Part shown: positions 9,854 to 19,821 of the stretch, piece by piece
Numbering within the stretch: the stretch's first letter is position 1
Layout of the letters: every line of letters starts with the position of its first letter
Assembly: GCA_049654165.1 (NCBI GenBank)
Contig: JBASHR010000108.1
Coordinates: 7,999 to 71,998 of the forward strand
Length of the DNA stretch: 64,000 nt
Direction of reading: 5' to 3'
Origin: Bacteroidales bacterium
Lineage (GTDB): Bacteria; Bacteroidota; Bacteroidia; Bacteroidales; JAAYJT01
Translations under genes and position numbers: made by a program
The notes under the pieces: model-generated
Database searches by the model: none
The model's input: only the letters and a program-made list of their open reading frames with translations
Told to the model about the DNA's origin: nothing

Positions 9854-10590
9854 GTTAAGAACAATTGAGTTAAAATCAGATTAAAAACAATTATCATGAT
9901 ACTGCTCATAACTACGCCTTTGGTACTTGCAGTGCCTACCTCGAGTGCGCCGCCTTTTGTATAAAATCCATAATATCCTGAAATTGAAGCAATAAGAAAA
10001 GCAAATACAGCCGTCTTTATCAGGGCATAAAAAATATTGAACGGAACAAAAAACGACTGGATACCAAGAACAAATACGTGAGTAGGTACAAGTCCTGTTG
10101 TAATACCTGCCAGCCAGGCACCAAGAACAGCCAGAAACATACTTATTACAATAAGTACCGGGTTAATGAGCACTGATGCCACAATTTTGGGAAAAATCAG
10201 GAAAGCTGCGGGGTTAATACCCATAATTTCAAGGGCATCAATTTGTTCGGTAATGCGCATGGTTCCAATTTCGGAAGCAATAAGAGAACCAACCTTACCG
10301 GCCAGGATAAGACTGATAATAGTTGGCGAAAACTCAAGCACAACTGATTCGCGCACAGCATAACCTATGGTATAAAGAGGCACAAGCGGGTGATCAATAT
10401 TGAATGCAAGCTGTATGCAAAGTACAGCTCCCATAAAGATTGAAATTATCATCACTATTCCAAGAGAATCCAACCCGAGGCGATCCATTTCAAGAATGAT
10501 CCTCTTCAGGTAAATCTTTTTATTTTCAGGTGGCTTGAACACCTGTTTTAATAATAGCAAATATTGTCCAAGGCTGTAAAGTGCTTTCAT
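9850..10590 (-). CDS. MlaE-family ABC transporter permease
   Basis: It is a 246-aa polytopic protein. The motif EQIDALEIMGINP is typical of MlaE/Ttg2B permeases. Confidence 0.8.
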   Translation of the reverse strand: MKALYSLGQYLLLLKQVFKPPENKKIYLKRIILEMDRLGLDSLGIVMIISIFMGAVLCIQLAFNIDHPLVPLYTIGYAVRESVVLEFSPTIISLILAGKVGSLIASEIGTMRITEQIDALEIMGINPAAFLIFPKIVASVLINPVLIVISMFLAVLGAWLAGITTGLVPTHVFVLGIQSFFVPFNIFYALIKTAVFAFLIASISGYYGFYTKGGALEVGTASTKGVVMSSIMIIVFNLILTQLFLT

Positions 10591-10862
10591 TACCTGTGAA
10601 AAATAATCGGCTAAGATAAATATAATCCTCTAAAATCTGTTGATTCTACAACATAATAAATTGCAAAATCAGCTAAAAATCCCTGTGGCGCAAACCCTTA
10701 CTCAATATTATTTATCCTGATTTTCAGCAATTCCATCTGTTTTATTATTCGGTATAAAAATATCCTTTATTATTATCCGTTTGCTCTATAATACAAACAA
10801 TGAAAAAGGATTTGCCTTTTAATTACAAACACCTCAAATTCAAGTAATTAAATCATAATACA

Positions 10863-11069
10863 ATGAAAATTCAAAAATTGCCCGTTCTGATCCTTACTCT
10901 CATTCTTGCCTTTTTGTTTAGTTCCTGCTCCACTTCACGTAAAAGCAGTAAAAGTCAAAAAAGATATCACCAAAGATGCGACTGTTCAAGATTCAGCGAA
11001 TTAGGAAGCAATGAAGTAATCACTATTGACTGGGTAGCATATTATGAAGGACAAGGAAATTCTGAGTAA
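10863..11069 (+). CDS. Possible small basic lipoprotein (hypothetical)
   Basis: The signal peptide plus lipobox reads LAFLFSSC. It is only 68 aa and overlaps the next gene by 26 nt. There is no other support. Confidence 0.3.
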   Translation: MKIQKLPVLILTLILAFLFSSCSTSRKSSKSQKRYHQRCDCSRFSELGSNEVITIDWVAYYEGQGNSE

Positions 11070-11655
11070 GTATCTGCCTCCCTCATTAGTAGATAAAATC
11101 CTGTTAATTCTTACTAAAAACAAAGCCTTCCTACGTATAAGCAGGTCGCGGGCAAGCAAGCTCGGTGATTATCGTCCTCCGGCTAATGGTCAGCCACATC
11201 GCATTTCGGTTAACCATGACCTGAATCCATATGAATTTCTTATAACTCTGATTCATGAGATCGCTCACATGAAATGCTGGCAGCAATACGGGAAAAAAGT
11301 AAAACCACATGGAGAGGAATGGAATATGTTGTTCAAGAAATTGTTGATTGATTTTAATGAACCCGGATTGTTTCCTGAGAATATCAGTGAAGCAATAAAT
11401 TATTATACCCGGCCTGATACAACTTACCAACAAGGCAAAGATGCCCTTAAGAATGCTCTTAAATCACTTGAGCCTGCTACTGATCAGCTTATGGTAGAAG
11501 ATATTCCTAATGGGGAAACATTTGTGTACAGAAATCAGGTATTTGAAAAAATAGAAAAGGTTCGGAAAAGAATTAAGTGTAAACGGTTAAAAGATAATCG
11601 CTTGTATGCTTTCGATCCTTTAGTAGAGGTATTGCCTTACAGAATAAAAAGATAA
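11044..11655 (+). CDS. SprT-like zinc metalloprotease domain protein
   Basis: The HExxH motif is in LIHEIAHMKCW, with HGEEW downstream. Length is 203 aa. Confidence 0.7.
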   Translation: MKDKEILSKYLPPSLVDKILLILTKNKAFLRISRSRASKLGDYRPPANGQPHRISVNHDLNPYEFLITLIHEIAHMKCWQQYGKKVKPHGEEWNMLFKKLLIDFNEPGLFPENISEAINYYTRPDTTYQQGKDALKNALKSLEPATDQLMVEDIPNGETFVYRNQVFEKIEKVRKRIKCKRLKDNRLYAFDPLVEVLPYRIKR

Positions 11656-11740
11656 ATTACTCAAGAATTTCCAACTGCAAATTGAATTTTCATTTATATT
11701 TGGCAAAACAAATATCCATAAACAAATAATATACTCTATC

Positions 11741-12826
11741 ATGAATAAAAACAACTATTGCATAATAATGGCTGGTGGTGTTGGAGCACGTTTCTGGCCT
11801 ATGAGTAAAACAGCCCGACCCAAACAATTCATTGATATCCTTGGTACAGGTCAAACCTTGATACAAACCACTTTCGACAGGTTTAGAAATATTTGTCCAA
11901 CAGAAAACATATATGTAGTCACCAGTGAAATATATTTAGATTACGTAAAAAACCAGCTTCCTGAAATTGCTGACGAACAAATTCTTGGTGAGCCAATGCG
12001 AAGAAATACAGCACCATGTATAGCCTATGCCAGCTACAAGATCTTCAAAAAAAATCCTGATGCTAACATAGTGGTAGCCCCATCAGATCATATTATCTCG
12101 AAAATAAACAATTTCAATGATGCTATACTTACTGCTCTTGATGCAAGTGAAAAAAATGACTGGCTGCTAACGCTTGGGATACAACCTACACGACCCGATA
12201 CCGGATATGGTTATATTCAGTTTGAAGAGAACTCTACTAATAACAATCGTATTTCGAAAGTAAAAACTTTTACTGAGAAACCACAATATGATCTGGCCGT
12301 ATCATTCCTGAAAAGCGGTGATTTCCTCTGGAATTCCGGTATTTTTATCTGGAGGCTGAAAAGTATAATGAAAGCTATTGAAGAATATTTGCCTGAAGTT
12401 GATGAGATTTTCAGGGAAGGCCTTGATTTTTACGATACCCCAAAGGAAAACTATTTTATTTCGAGGGCTTACCCTGTGGTAAAGAATATTTCAATTGACT
12501 ATGGGGTTATGGAAAAAGCTGATAATGTATATGTTATCTCTGCTGATCTGGGTTGGTCAGATTTAGGAACATGGGGTTCATTATACGAAAATCTGCCTAA
12601 GGATGGATCGGGGAATTCAATTATCGGGAATAATGTAATGAGTTATAATCTTAAGAACTGTATTGTAAACATGCCCAAAGACAAACTTGTAGTATTACAG
12701 GGACTTGAGGATTATATAGTTGTTGAATCTGATAATGTTCTTTTGGTTTGCTGCAAAAAAGATGAGCAGCAGATTCGTAATTTTGTAGAAGATATTCGCA
12801 CAAACAAAGGCGAGGAATTCGTTTAG
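11741..12826 (+). CDS. Mannose-1-phosphate guanylyltransferase
   Basis: The nucleotidyltransferase motif is IIMAGGVGARFWPMS, with PSDH and IDYGVMEK also present. Length is 361 aa. A TATATTTG -7 box lies at 11695-11702. Confidence 0.8.
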   Translation: MNKNNYCIIMAGGVGARFWPMSKTARPKQFIDILGTGQTLIQTTFDRFRNICPTENIYVVTSEIYLDYVKNQLPEIADEQILGEPMRRNTAPCIAYASYKIFKKNPDANIVVAPSDHIISKINNFNDAILTALDASEKNDWLLTLGIQPTRPDTGYGYIQFEENSTNNNRISKVKTFTEKPQYDLAVSFLKSGDFLWNSGIFIWRLKSIMKAIEEYLPEVDEIFREGLDFYDTPKENYFISRAYPVVKNISIDYGVMEKADNVYVISADLGWSDLGTWGSLYENLPKDGSGNSIIGNNVMSYNLKNCIVNMPKDKLVVLQGLEDYIVVESDNVLLVCCKKDEQQIRNFVEDIRTNKGEEFV

Positions 12827-12854
12827 CCTGAAAACAAATATAATAAACCGTTTT

Positions 12855-13508
12855 CTATAGCTCGATCTCCTTTACTTCTCCATCCACAATCAGGGTTCCT
12901 TCGGTTGCACTGCGAATTTCATCAATACTTACTCCGGGAGCACGTTCAAGGAGTCGGAAGCCTTCAGGGATGACTTCAAGTACCGCAAGATTAGTAACTA
13001 TTTTTTTCACACATCCCACGCCTGTAAGAGGCAGTGTACATTGTTTTAAAAGTTTCGACTGACCTGAAGGAGATGTATGCTGCATGGCTACAATTATATT
13101 TTTTGCTGCTGCTACCAGATCCATAGCACCCCCCATGCCTTTAACCATTTTTCCGGGTATCTTCCAGCTAGAAATGTCGCCTTTCTCTGACACTTCAAAA
13201 GCACCAAGTACTGTAAGGTCAACATGACCACCGCGTATCATTGCAAAACTTGTAGCTGAATCAAAAAATGCAGCTCCCGGATTAACTGTTACCGTTTGTT
13301 TTCCTGCATTTATAAGATCTGCATCCACTTCTTCTTCCTTAGGGAATACACCCATCCCAAGAATACCATTCTCTGACTGAAGAGTTACCTGCATTCCTTC
13401 GGGAATGTAATTAGCCACCAGGGTAGGAATGCCAATGCCAAGATTAACATAATATCCGTCTTTAAGTTCTTTGGCTATGCGTTGAGCTATTTGTTCTTTA
13501 GTAAGCAT
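12855..13508 (-). CDS. 3-oxoacid/acetoacetate CoA-transferase, subunit B
   Basis: The catalytic SENG motif is present (LQSENGILG). Length is 217 aa and it is paired with subunit A. Confidence 0.9.
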   Translation of the reverse strand: MLTKEQIAQRIAKELKDGYYVNLGIGIPTLVANYIPEGMQVTLQSENGILGMGVFPKEEEVDADLINAGKQTVTVNPGAAFFDSATSFAMIRGGHVDLTVLGAFEVSEKGDISSWKIPGKMVKGMGGAMDLVAAAKNIIVAMQHTSPSGQSKLLKQCTLPLTGVGCVKKIVTNLAVLEVIPEGFRLLERAPGVSIDEIRSATEGTLIVDGEVKEIEL

Positions 13509-13622
13509 GACTTATCATATTGAGATTAAAGCTTAATTTCTTAAAATACTTTCCGGATCACAGACCATAAATAATTAAAACACTTATAATCAGATCCGAA
13601 AACAATGTTAAATGAAAAGTTA

Positions 13623-14315
13623 TCAGGTTCTGACAGTTCTGCGCTCTATTCTTTTTTCATAATTTTTCCCCTGAAAAATCCTCTGAACAAAGATCCCGGG
13701 TGTGTGAATGAAATTTGGGTCTAAAGTACCGGCAGGGACAAGTTCTTCAACTTCGGCTATAGTGATTTTTCCTGCCATTGCCATAGGCTGATTGAAATTA
13801 TTAGCCGTTGCCCTGTAAACCAGGTTCCCCATTGTATCGCCCTTCCATGCTTTAACGATAGCAAAGTCAGCAGTTAAGGCAGTTTCAAGCACATGGGGTT
13901 TACCATTAAAAACCCTAACTTCCTTACCCTCGGCTGCTTCAGTGCCATAGCCTGCGGGAACAAAAAAGGCCGGAATGCCTGCTCCGCCGGCTCTGCATCT
14001 TTCTGCAAGAGTACCTTGCGGAATAAGTTCTACTTCGAGTTCCCCGCTTAGCAACTGTCTTTCAAATTCATCATTCTCACCTACATATGATGAGATCATT
14101 TTCCTGATCTGATGCTTTTTTAACAACAAACCCAAACCAAAATCATCAACACCGGCATTATTTGAAATACAGGTGAGGTCTTTTACTTCTGCTTCCACCA
14201 ATGCAGAAATGCAGTTCTCAGGAATCCCGCAAAGACCAAAACCTCCGAACATCAGCGTCATTCCATTACTAATCCCCCGTATAGCCTCATAGGCATCTTT
14301 AACGACTTTATTCAT
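13623..14315 (-). CDS. 3-oxoacid/acetoacetate CoA-transferase, subunit A
   Basis: The motifs GMTLMFGGFGLCGIPE and ELIPQGTLAERCRAGGAGIPAFF are present. Length is 230 aa. Confidence 0.9.
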   Translation of the reverse strand: MNKVVKDAYEAIRGISNGMTLMFGGFGLCGIPENCISALVEAEVKDLTCISNNAGVDDFGLGLLLKKHQIRKMISSYVGENDEFERQLLSGELEVELIPQGTLAERCRAGGAGIPAFFVPAGYGTEAAEGKEVRVFNGKPHVLETALTADFAIVKAWKGDTMGNLVYRATANNFNQPMAMAGKITIAEVEELVPAGTLDPNFIHTPGIFVQRIFQGKNYEKRIERRTVRT

Positions 14316-14489
14316 TTTCTCAGTTGATTTATTGTAAATAAGATAACAGTAAAAGGATAAAGATGGTTCAATAAACTAATGTTTTTCAACCAGGGTAAAA
14401 CCAATTGGGAAAATACAATTCGTATAATCGCTCTATTCGGTTGTTATAAATATTTAAACCATCGGCAATATTCCTTTATCTACGAAAGT

Positions 14490-14527
14490 AAAAAAAGCCT
14501 GCTCTCATGATCAACAGAAAACAGGCT
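14490..14527 (-). terminator. Putative terminator after the response-regulator gene
   Basis: The stem is AGCCTG/CAGGCT with a large loop of about 20 nt. On the minus strand it is followed by T7. This is a weak candidate. Confidence 0.4.
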
Positions 14528-14608
14528 TTTGATTATAAAGTCTTAAAATGTAAAATATGAAATAATGTGTCGGAATTAATATGTAAATAAAAGATAAGGT
14601 TCGAAGCC

Positions 14609-15271
14609 TTATTTAAAATCAACAATGCCGTGCTGAAATGCGAATTTACTTAAACCTATGACTGACTTGACTTTCGTTTTTGAAAAAATGTTTTTTCTAT
14701 GGGTTTCAACTGTCCTTTCACTGATGAACAGTTTTTCAGCGATCTGCTGGGTAGTATATTCCTGTACTATCAATGATAAAATCTCAATTTCTCTTTTCGT
14801 AAGGCTTAATTCATTCATTGATGGTCTTTTTTCATCAAAAGCTGCCTTTCCACTTATTTTGTTATAAACCATTTCCTGAATTTCTTCACCAAAATATTTC
14901 TTTCCGCCAGCTACAATTTCAATAGCTTTAGAAAGCTCTGACAAGCTTGCCGATTTGAGTACATACCCTGCAGCCCCGCTTCTAATCATTTTTTCAACAT
15001 AACTATAATCGTCGTACATGGTAAGTGCAAGGATATTGGCTTTTGGATTAAGTTTTTTAATCTGACGGGTTAGCTCAACACCTGAAATCTCAGGCATATT
15101 TATGTCAATAAGAAAAATATCCAGATCAAGTTCTTTAAATTTACTCAGCAATTCATTTCCTGAAAGTGCATGACCAACAATCTCAAACCGGGGATCATCG
15201 GATAAAAGGGAACTTATTCCTTCAACAAAAAGTTTATGATCGTCAATGATAAAAATTCTGATTTTCTGCAT
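14609..15271 (-). CDS. LuxR/NarL-family response regulator
   Basis: The receiver domain shows IFIIDDH and FLIDINMP. The LuxR HTH reads LTKREIEILSLIVQEYTTQQIAEKLFISERTVETHRKNIF. I prefer the start at 15271 (MQKIRIF), 10 nt after the kinase stop. The track start is 15298. Confidence 0.9.
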   Translation of the reverse strand: MQKIRIFIIDDHKLFVEGISSLLSDDPRFEIVGHALSGNELLSKFKELDLDIFLIDINMPEISGVELTRQIKKLNPKANILALTMYDDYSYVEKMIRSGAAGYVLKSASLSELSKAIEIVAGGKKYFGEEIQEMVYNKISGKAAFDEKRPSMNELSLTKREIEILSLIVQEYTTQQIAEKLFISERTVETHRKNIFSKTKVKSVIGLSKFAFQHGIVDFK

Positions 15272-15281
15272 GACTCTTTTT

Positions 15282-17225
15282 TTATTCTGGTACAACAATG
15301 GTTACTATTGTTCCCCTCCCAACAACGCTATCAATAAACACTTTTCCTTTTAGCCCTTCAATTCTTGATATAAGGCTCTTTAAACCCAGTCCTTTTGAAT
15401 TCTCATGTTGCTGAAAATCAAATCCCACACCATTATCTTCAATCATTATGGTAATATCTTCATGATTTTGAATAATTTGTATATTGATTTCCGAACCATC
15501 AGCATGAGAAAGTATGTTATTTACTACTTCTAGAATAGCTCTATAAAGTGCATGTTCAAGATACTGATCCATTTTTTCATTCAAACCCGAAATATCCAGC
15601 GACACAGTATACTTTTCAGTTTCATTAAGTTTCATTACAAGGTCTTCAACTGCAAACCTGAAACCTTTCTCAATCAATACAATAGGTGCTATATTTTGAA
15701 CTATATGTTTCATTTCTCTTAAAATCTCATTAAGGGTTGAAACTGTATTATTCAAAATCATTGATTTTCTTTCCGGTGCCAGATCAGATCTTTCAAGTAG
15801 TGCGGTAAGGTTTAATTTTGCTAAAGATAACATAGGTCCTACACTATCATGCAGTTCCAGTCCCATTCTTTTACGTTCCTGTATTTCAGCATCAAGAGCT
15901 GCTTTTGAACGCTCTTCGGTAAGTTTAACAACAGCTTCATTAAGCTTTACTGCCTGTTCCTGTTTTACTTTATTTATATGATTGTTATAGATAAGCAGGA
16001 TTATAATGATTATTGCTATAAACAGTAATCCTAAAAGTATTATAAGTGAATTTCTCCGGCTTAATGAAAGCTTTTGTTTCTCTATTTCAAGTAATTGTGC
16101 TTCTTTATCTTTGATCAGCTGATTTATCTCCATGTAATAGAGCTGATGTATTTTTGACTGGTCATTGAGCTCCATTTTTAAATTATTCGCACTTTTATAA
16201 TATGAAAGAGCTTTCTCAAAATCACCAGTTTGTTCATAAATAGCTGAAAGTACTTCAAACACTTTATATATAAGCTCAGTTGAATTGGTATTTTCAGCTT
16301 CTTCAAGTGCTTTATAGGCATTTTCAAGAGCTTTGGCCGTATTTTTTAGTTCTAGATTTATCCTTGCCAATCCAAGTTGGTTAGTAGTTATCAAACTACC
16401 GGAATTAATCTTTTCAGATATTTCAAGGCTTTCTTTATAAACTTCTTCTGCGTTTTTGAAATCACCATTTTTGAGATAAATATTACCTTCAATAGTTTGC
16501 GCAAATGCTGATGTATAAAGGTCGGAAATACTATTTGCCACTTGAATTGACAGTTTAGCATAAAACATGGCAGAATCAGGCTGATTTACCTGTAACAATG
16601 AAGCTGCCAGATGGCTATAAACTATTGCAAGCCCTTGATTGTCCTGACTATCCAGAAAACCATTCTGACTTTTGTGAAAATGATAAAATGCTTTTTCAAT
16701 ATTATTAAGGTCCAGATACAGGATCCCAAGATTGCAGTGGATAATATTTATTTTATCAGGAATTGCTGCTAACTCATAATTATGAATTGCAGCCAGAAAA
16801 TTCTCTAATGCATCTTTATTATTGCTTATTGATAAATTCAATACACCCAAATTATTATAACTATCTCCTATTCTCTCAGGATTATTTGCCTGTATTGATA
16901 ATTTAAGAGCTTTGTGATAACTCTCAAATGCCTGAAAATGATTGGATTGCACAACACAGGTTGTGCCAATTAAATTTAGTATCCTTATTTGCCATTCAAT
17001 ATTATCCAGCTTTTTCAGAACATTGTCAGCCAGGATTCTGGCACTGTCCGGGTTTGAATAAACCAGATCCTGCATCTCTTTAAACAGGGAGTCAATTGGC
17101 TGTCCGTCAATTATTATTGATGAAACGTTTGATTGCCTTTTTTGCCCGTTCATGAAAAATATGTCAGCAAGCATATTGAACTGCATCAACAATGTTGAGA
17201 TTACTAGCAATACAAGCGATTTCAT
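15282..17225 (-). CDS. TPR-repeat sensor histidine kinase (HisKA_3 type)
   Basis: It has a signal peptide, about 350 aa of TPR-like repeats, a coiled coil and a single TM segment (IILLGLLFIAIIIIILLIY). The H-box is ELHDSVGPML. The ATPase motifs are EDNGVGF and GLGLKSL. Confidence 0.9.
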   Translation of the reverse strand: MKSLVLLVISTLLMQFNMLADIFFMNGQKRQSNVSSIIIDGQPIDSLFKEMQDLVYSNPDSARILADNVLKKLDNIEWQIRILNLIGTTCVVQSNHFQAFESYHKALKLSIQANNPERIGDSYNNLGVLNLSISNNKDALENFLAAIHNYELAAIPDKINIIHCNLGILYLDLNNIEKAFYHFHKSQNGFLDSQDNQGLAIVYSHLAASLLQVNQPDSAMFYAKLSIQVANSISDLYTSAFAQTIEGNIYLKNGDFKNAEEVYKESLEISEKINSGSLITTNQLGLARINLELKNTAKALENAYKALEEAENTNSTELIYKVFEVLSAIYEQTGDFEKALSYYKSANNLKMELNDQSKIHQLYYMEINQLIKDKEAQLLEIEKQKLSLSRRNSLIILLGLLFIAIIIIILLIYNNHINKVKQEQAVKLNEAVVKLTEERSKAALDAEIQERKRMGLELHDSVGPMLSLAKLNLTALLERSDLAPERKSMILNNTVSTLNEILREMKHIVQNIAPIVLIEKGFRFAVEDLVMKLNETEKYTVSLDISGLNEKMDQYLEHALYRAILEVVNNILSHADGSEINIQIIQNHEDITIMIEDNGVGFDFQQHENSKGLGLKSLISRIEGLKGKVFIDSVVGRGTIVTIVVPE

Positions 17226-17389
17226 TTATCAATTTTTAAAAGATAATACCTAACATTACATTAAAAAAAGAATGGGGGTCTGAATTTTCAATTTTTTCAA
17301 ATATTGGTTTAAAAAATTCAACTTTGACCCGGCAAAACTAATTCATTTTTTCGCAGATTCTCATAATATTCTAATAATCAGGATAAAAA

Positions 17390-17425
17390 TACCCTATACT
17401 ACTGATATTTTTTACCCAATACTAC
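17390..17425 (+). promoter_or_regulatory. 13-nt direct repeat TACCC(T/A)ATACTAC x2, a candidate regulator-binding site
   Basis: The copies are TACCCTATACTAC (17390-17402) and TACCCAATACTAC (17413-17425). They match at 12 of 13 positions and lie 23 nt start to start. They sit 26-60 nt upstream of the -7 box at 17451. Confidence 0.4.
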
Positions 17426-17450
17426 GGATTCCATGACTGAGATTAAGTAA

Positions 17451-17458
17451 TAATTTTG
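17451..17458 (+). promoter_or_regulatory. -7 box TAATTTTG upstream of the LVIVD/dockerin gene
   Basis: It matches TAnnTTTG. There is no TTTG at the expected -33 position. Confidence 0.4.
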
Positions 17459-17576
17459 TTGCATAAAAGAATTTATTATGCTTATTAAGTCAATAAACTC
17501 ATCAATTACTTCTAACACTATGGTTATCACATCATTAATTATAAACAATTTTTTTAACCCTTTAAATCTTTTCATT

Positions 17577-19766
17577 ATGAAAAAAACATTTATTCTGAGC
17601 TGTGCAATTATTATTGCAGTTTTTTGTGGTATTTCAAATTCTACCTCCGGTCAAACCTGGGGCAATACAGAGGAGTTGTTCCATCCGGTTTCACACAATC
17701 TCGAAAATGGAATATTAGTGGATACGCCCCGATCTATAACTTTACTAGAGGGTGATTACATGTTTTATACTGACTTTTATGGTTTTCATATTTATAATGT
17801 AGCTGATCCGGAAAACCCTGTAAATATTTCATGTACTCCTGTACCAGGAAGAGCATATCATTTTACCATACAAGGTGATTATGCATATGTTTGCAATGAT
17901 TGTGGAGTGGTTGTTATTGACATAAGAGACTATTCAAATCCAGAAGTTATTAATTTCCAATATTTTGATTTTCAACCTTTTATGATTGCTGTTGAACAGT
18001 CATATGTTTATTTTGCACATGAAAGTGGTGTAAAAGTCTATAAACTTACGTCAGATTATGGTTTTGAATTTACAGGATCCATTTATATTCCTCCTGCTAC
18101 TACCAGTTTTGCAGGTTTTACTAAAAAAGGTCATTATATTTATTATGTCAATTCTTACACAGTCTTTTGTCTTGATGCAAGTGATCCCGAAAACATACAG
18201 CTAATTTCAAGCGACGATTTCAATACAGGTGGAACATGTTGGGGCAGAGCTATAATTAAAGATAATTATCTATTGGTTGCCACTACCCTTAAACTCCTTG
18301 TTTATGACATCTCTAACCCTGCATATCTTACACGGGTTTATGAAGGATTACCATCTTCCCATACTATTTATAACATAGTCATTGAGAATAATATTATGGT
18401 ATTAAATCACAGTAATAACGGAGCATTTACTATCTGTGACATAACCAACCCTGTAAACCCGACCGTCCTACATGCTCATTATGGTAATTGGTTTTATAAT
18501 AGCCTTTATACACTAGGAGGCTTAAAGAATAATATTTTATATATCCTTAATAATGGGCAGGAACATTCTGAAGGTTATACTATTCACCTTATTGATATTT
18601 CAGAGGTTACATCTCCATCAGTTATCAGTAAAATAGAATCAAAACCGGGTAAATCAAGATCAGCAGCGCTATTGGATAAAAATAATCAGAAATATGCCCT
18701 GGTTGCCAGAGACAATTCCAAAGGCACAGCATCCGAAGCCGGTCTTCTGGATATTCTGAATGTAACCGACCCGGCAAATCCCATACTCGTATCAACTATT
18801 GATCTTCCTGGGCATGGCATATCAATTGCAACCGATCAAAACAACTGGGCATATATTTGTGTTGCAGTTTATCATTTTCCTGCTTATAATTACAACATAG
18901 TATTAGTTAATATTGAGGACCTTTCAAATCCTTATATTACTGATTTACAACCTGCCGGAGGAAATCTGGGTCATTATTATAATAGCTCTGTCAGTTTTTT
19001 TAACGGAAACGCCTATTTAGTTGATAAAAATTATATCAGGATTTATGATGGCTCCTCTGGAACATTGATTGAAAAAGGTATTACATCAGTATATGGACAA
19101 AATGGAATGGGTATTCTGGCAAATAAACAGGGTTTTGTTTATGTTGCAGGTGGCAATTATGGTTTTCAGCTTTATAATGTTTCCAATCCTTTAAATCCAT
19201 ATCTTGTGAATTGGTATAATTGCAATGGGCCTGTATTTGATGTATCTGTAGATAATGGTATTGCCTGCGTAGCTAATTATTCAGGTAGTTTATATACTTT
19301 CGATGTAAGTCAGAATGTGATTATACCCCGTGGTCAAGTTTCTACAAATGTTGGAAAACCAATTTCTGTATTAAAACTTAACGATATAGCATACTTAGGG
19401 ATGGATAACGGACGTATTGAGATGTTTGATGTTTCCAATCCTGAACAGCCTGTTTCATTAGGCTGGTATCTTACTAACGGCACACGGGTTAATGATATGA
19501 TAGCCGATGCAGAAAACGATCTTATTTATGTGGCAAATGAGCTTGAAATGCTAATCCTTAAACTGGGAAATGCTACTACAACCTTACCGGGCGATGCCAA
19601 CTGCGATGGCATAGTAAATATAAGTGATGTAATAGTAATAATGAATTATATTATGGGAAATAATCCTGAGCCTTTCTGTTTCGAGAATGCAGATGTAAAC
19701 GGTGACGGAGTAATAACTGTATCGGATGTGATAAATACAGTAAATATAATTCTTAACAGTAATTAA
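17577..19766 (+). CDS. Secreted LVIVD-repeat beta-propeller protein with a C-terminal dockerin-type module
   Basis: The signal peptide is MKKTFILSCAIIIAVFCG, so I use the start at 17577, not 17478. There are about 10 repeats of the hydrophobic-x-V/I-x-D-I/V-S-N-P type, for example LLVYDISNPAYL, FQLYNVSNPLNPYL and IEMFDVSNPEQP. The last 58 aa form two EF-hand-like DxNxDGxxxxxD loops. Confidence 0.8.
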   Translation: MKKTFILSCAIIIAVFCGISNSTSGQTWGNTEELFHPVSHNLENGILVDTPRSITLLEGDYMFYTDFYGFHIYNVADPENPVNISCTPVPGRAYHFTIQGDYAYVCNDCGVVVIDIRDYSNPEVINFQYFDFQPFMIAVEQSYVYFAHESGVKVYKLTSDYGFEFTGSIYIPPATTSFAGFTKKGHYIYYVNSYTVFCLDASDPENIQLISSDDFNTGGTCWGRAIIKDNYLLVATTLKLLVYDISNPAYLTRVYEGLPSSHTIYNIVIENNIMVLNHSNNGAFTICDITNPVNPTVLHAHYGNWFYNSLYTLGGLKNNILYILNNGQEHSEGYTIHLIDISEVTSPSVISKIESKPGKSRSAALLDKNNQKYALVARDNSKGTASEAGLLDILNVTDPANPILVSTIDLPGHGISIATDQNNWAYICVAVYHFPAYNYNIVLVNIEDLSNPYITDLQPAGGNLGHYYNSSVSFFNGNAYLVDKNYIRIYDGSSGTLIEKGITSVYGQNGMGILANKQGFVYVAGGNYGFQLYNVSNPLNPYLVNWYNCNGPVFDVSVDNGIACVANYSGSLYTFDVSQNVIIPRGQVSTNVGKPISVLKLNDIAYLGMDNGRIEMFDVSNPEQPVSLGWYLTNGTRVNDMIADAENDLIYVANELEMLILKLGNATTTLPGDANCDGIVNISDVIVIMNYIMGNNPEPFCFENADVNGDGVITVSDVINTVNIILNSN
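19590..19763 (+). other. Dockerin-type module, copy 1
   Basis: The sequence is GDANCDGIVNISDVIVIMNYIMGNNPEPFCFENADVNGDGVITVSDVINTVNIILNSN. Confidence 0.75.
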
Positions 19767-19821
19767 CCTTTTACTTCAAATAGCATCGTAATTTATTGTA
19801 TAGAAATTTTCACTTCATAAC

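Noticed and set aside
17478-17576. The track gives the LVIVD/dockerin protein a 33-aa N-terminal extension. Analogous extensions occur at 587-940, 6324-6359, 27418-27447, 35817-35936 and 44032-44088.
   Set aside because: In each case an internal Met immediately precedes a canonical signal peptide, lipobox or conserved family N-terminus. The extensions overlap promoters or upstream genes.
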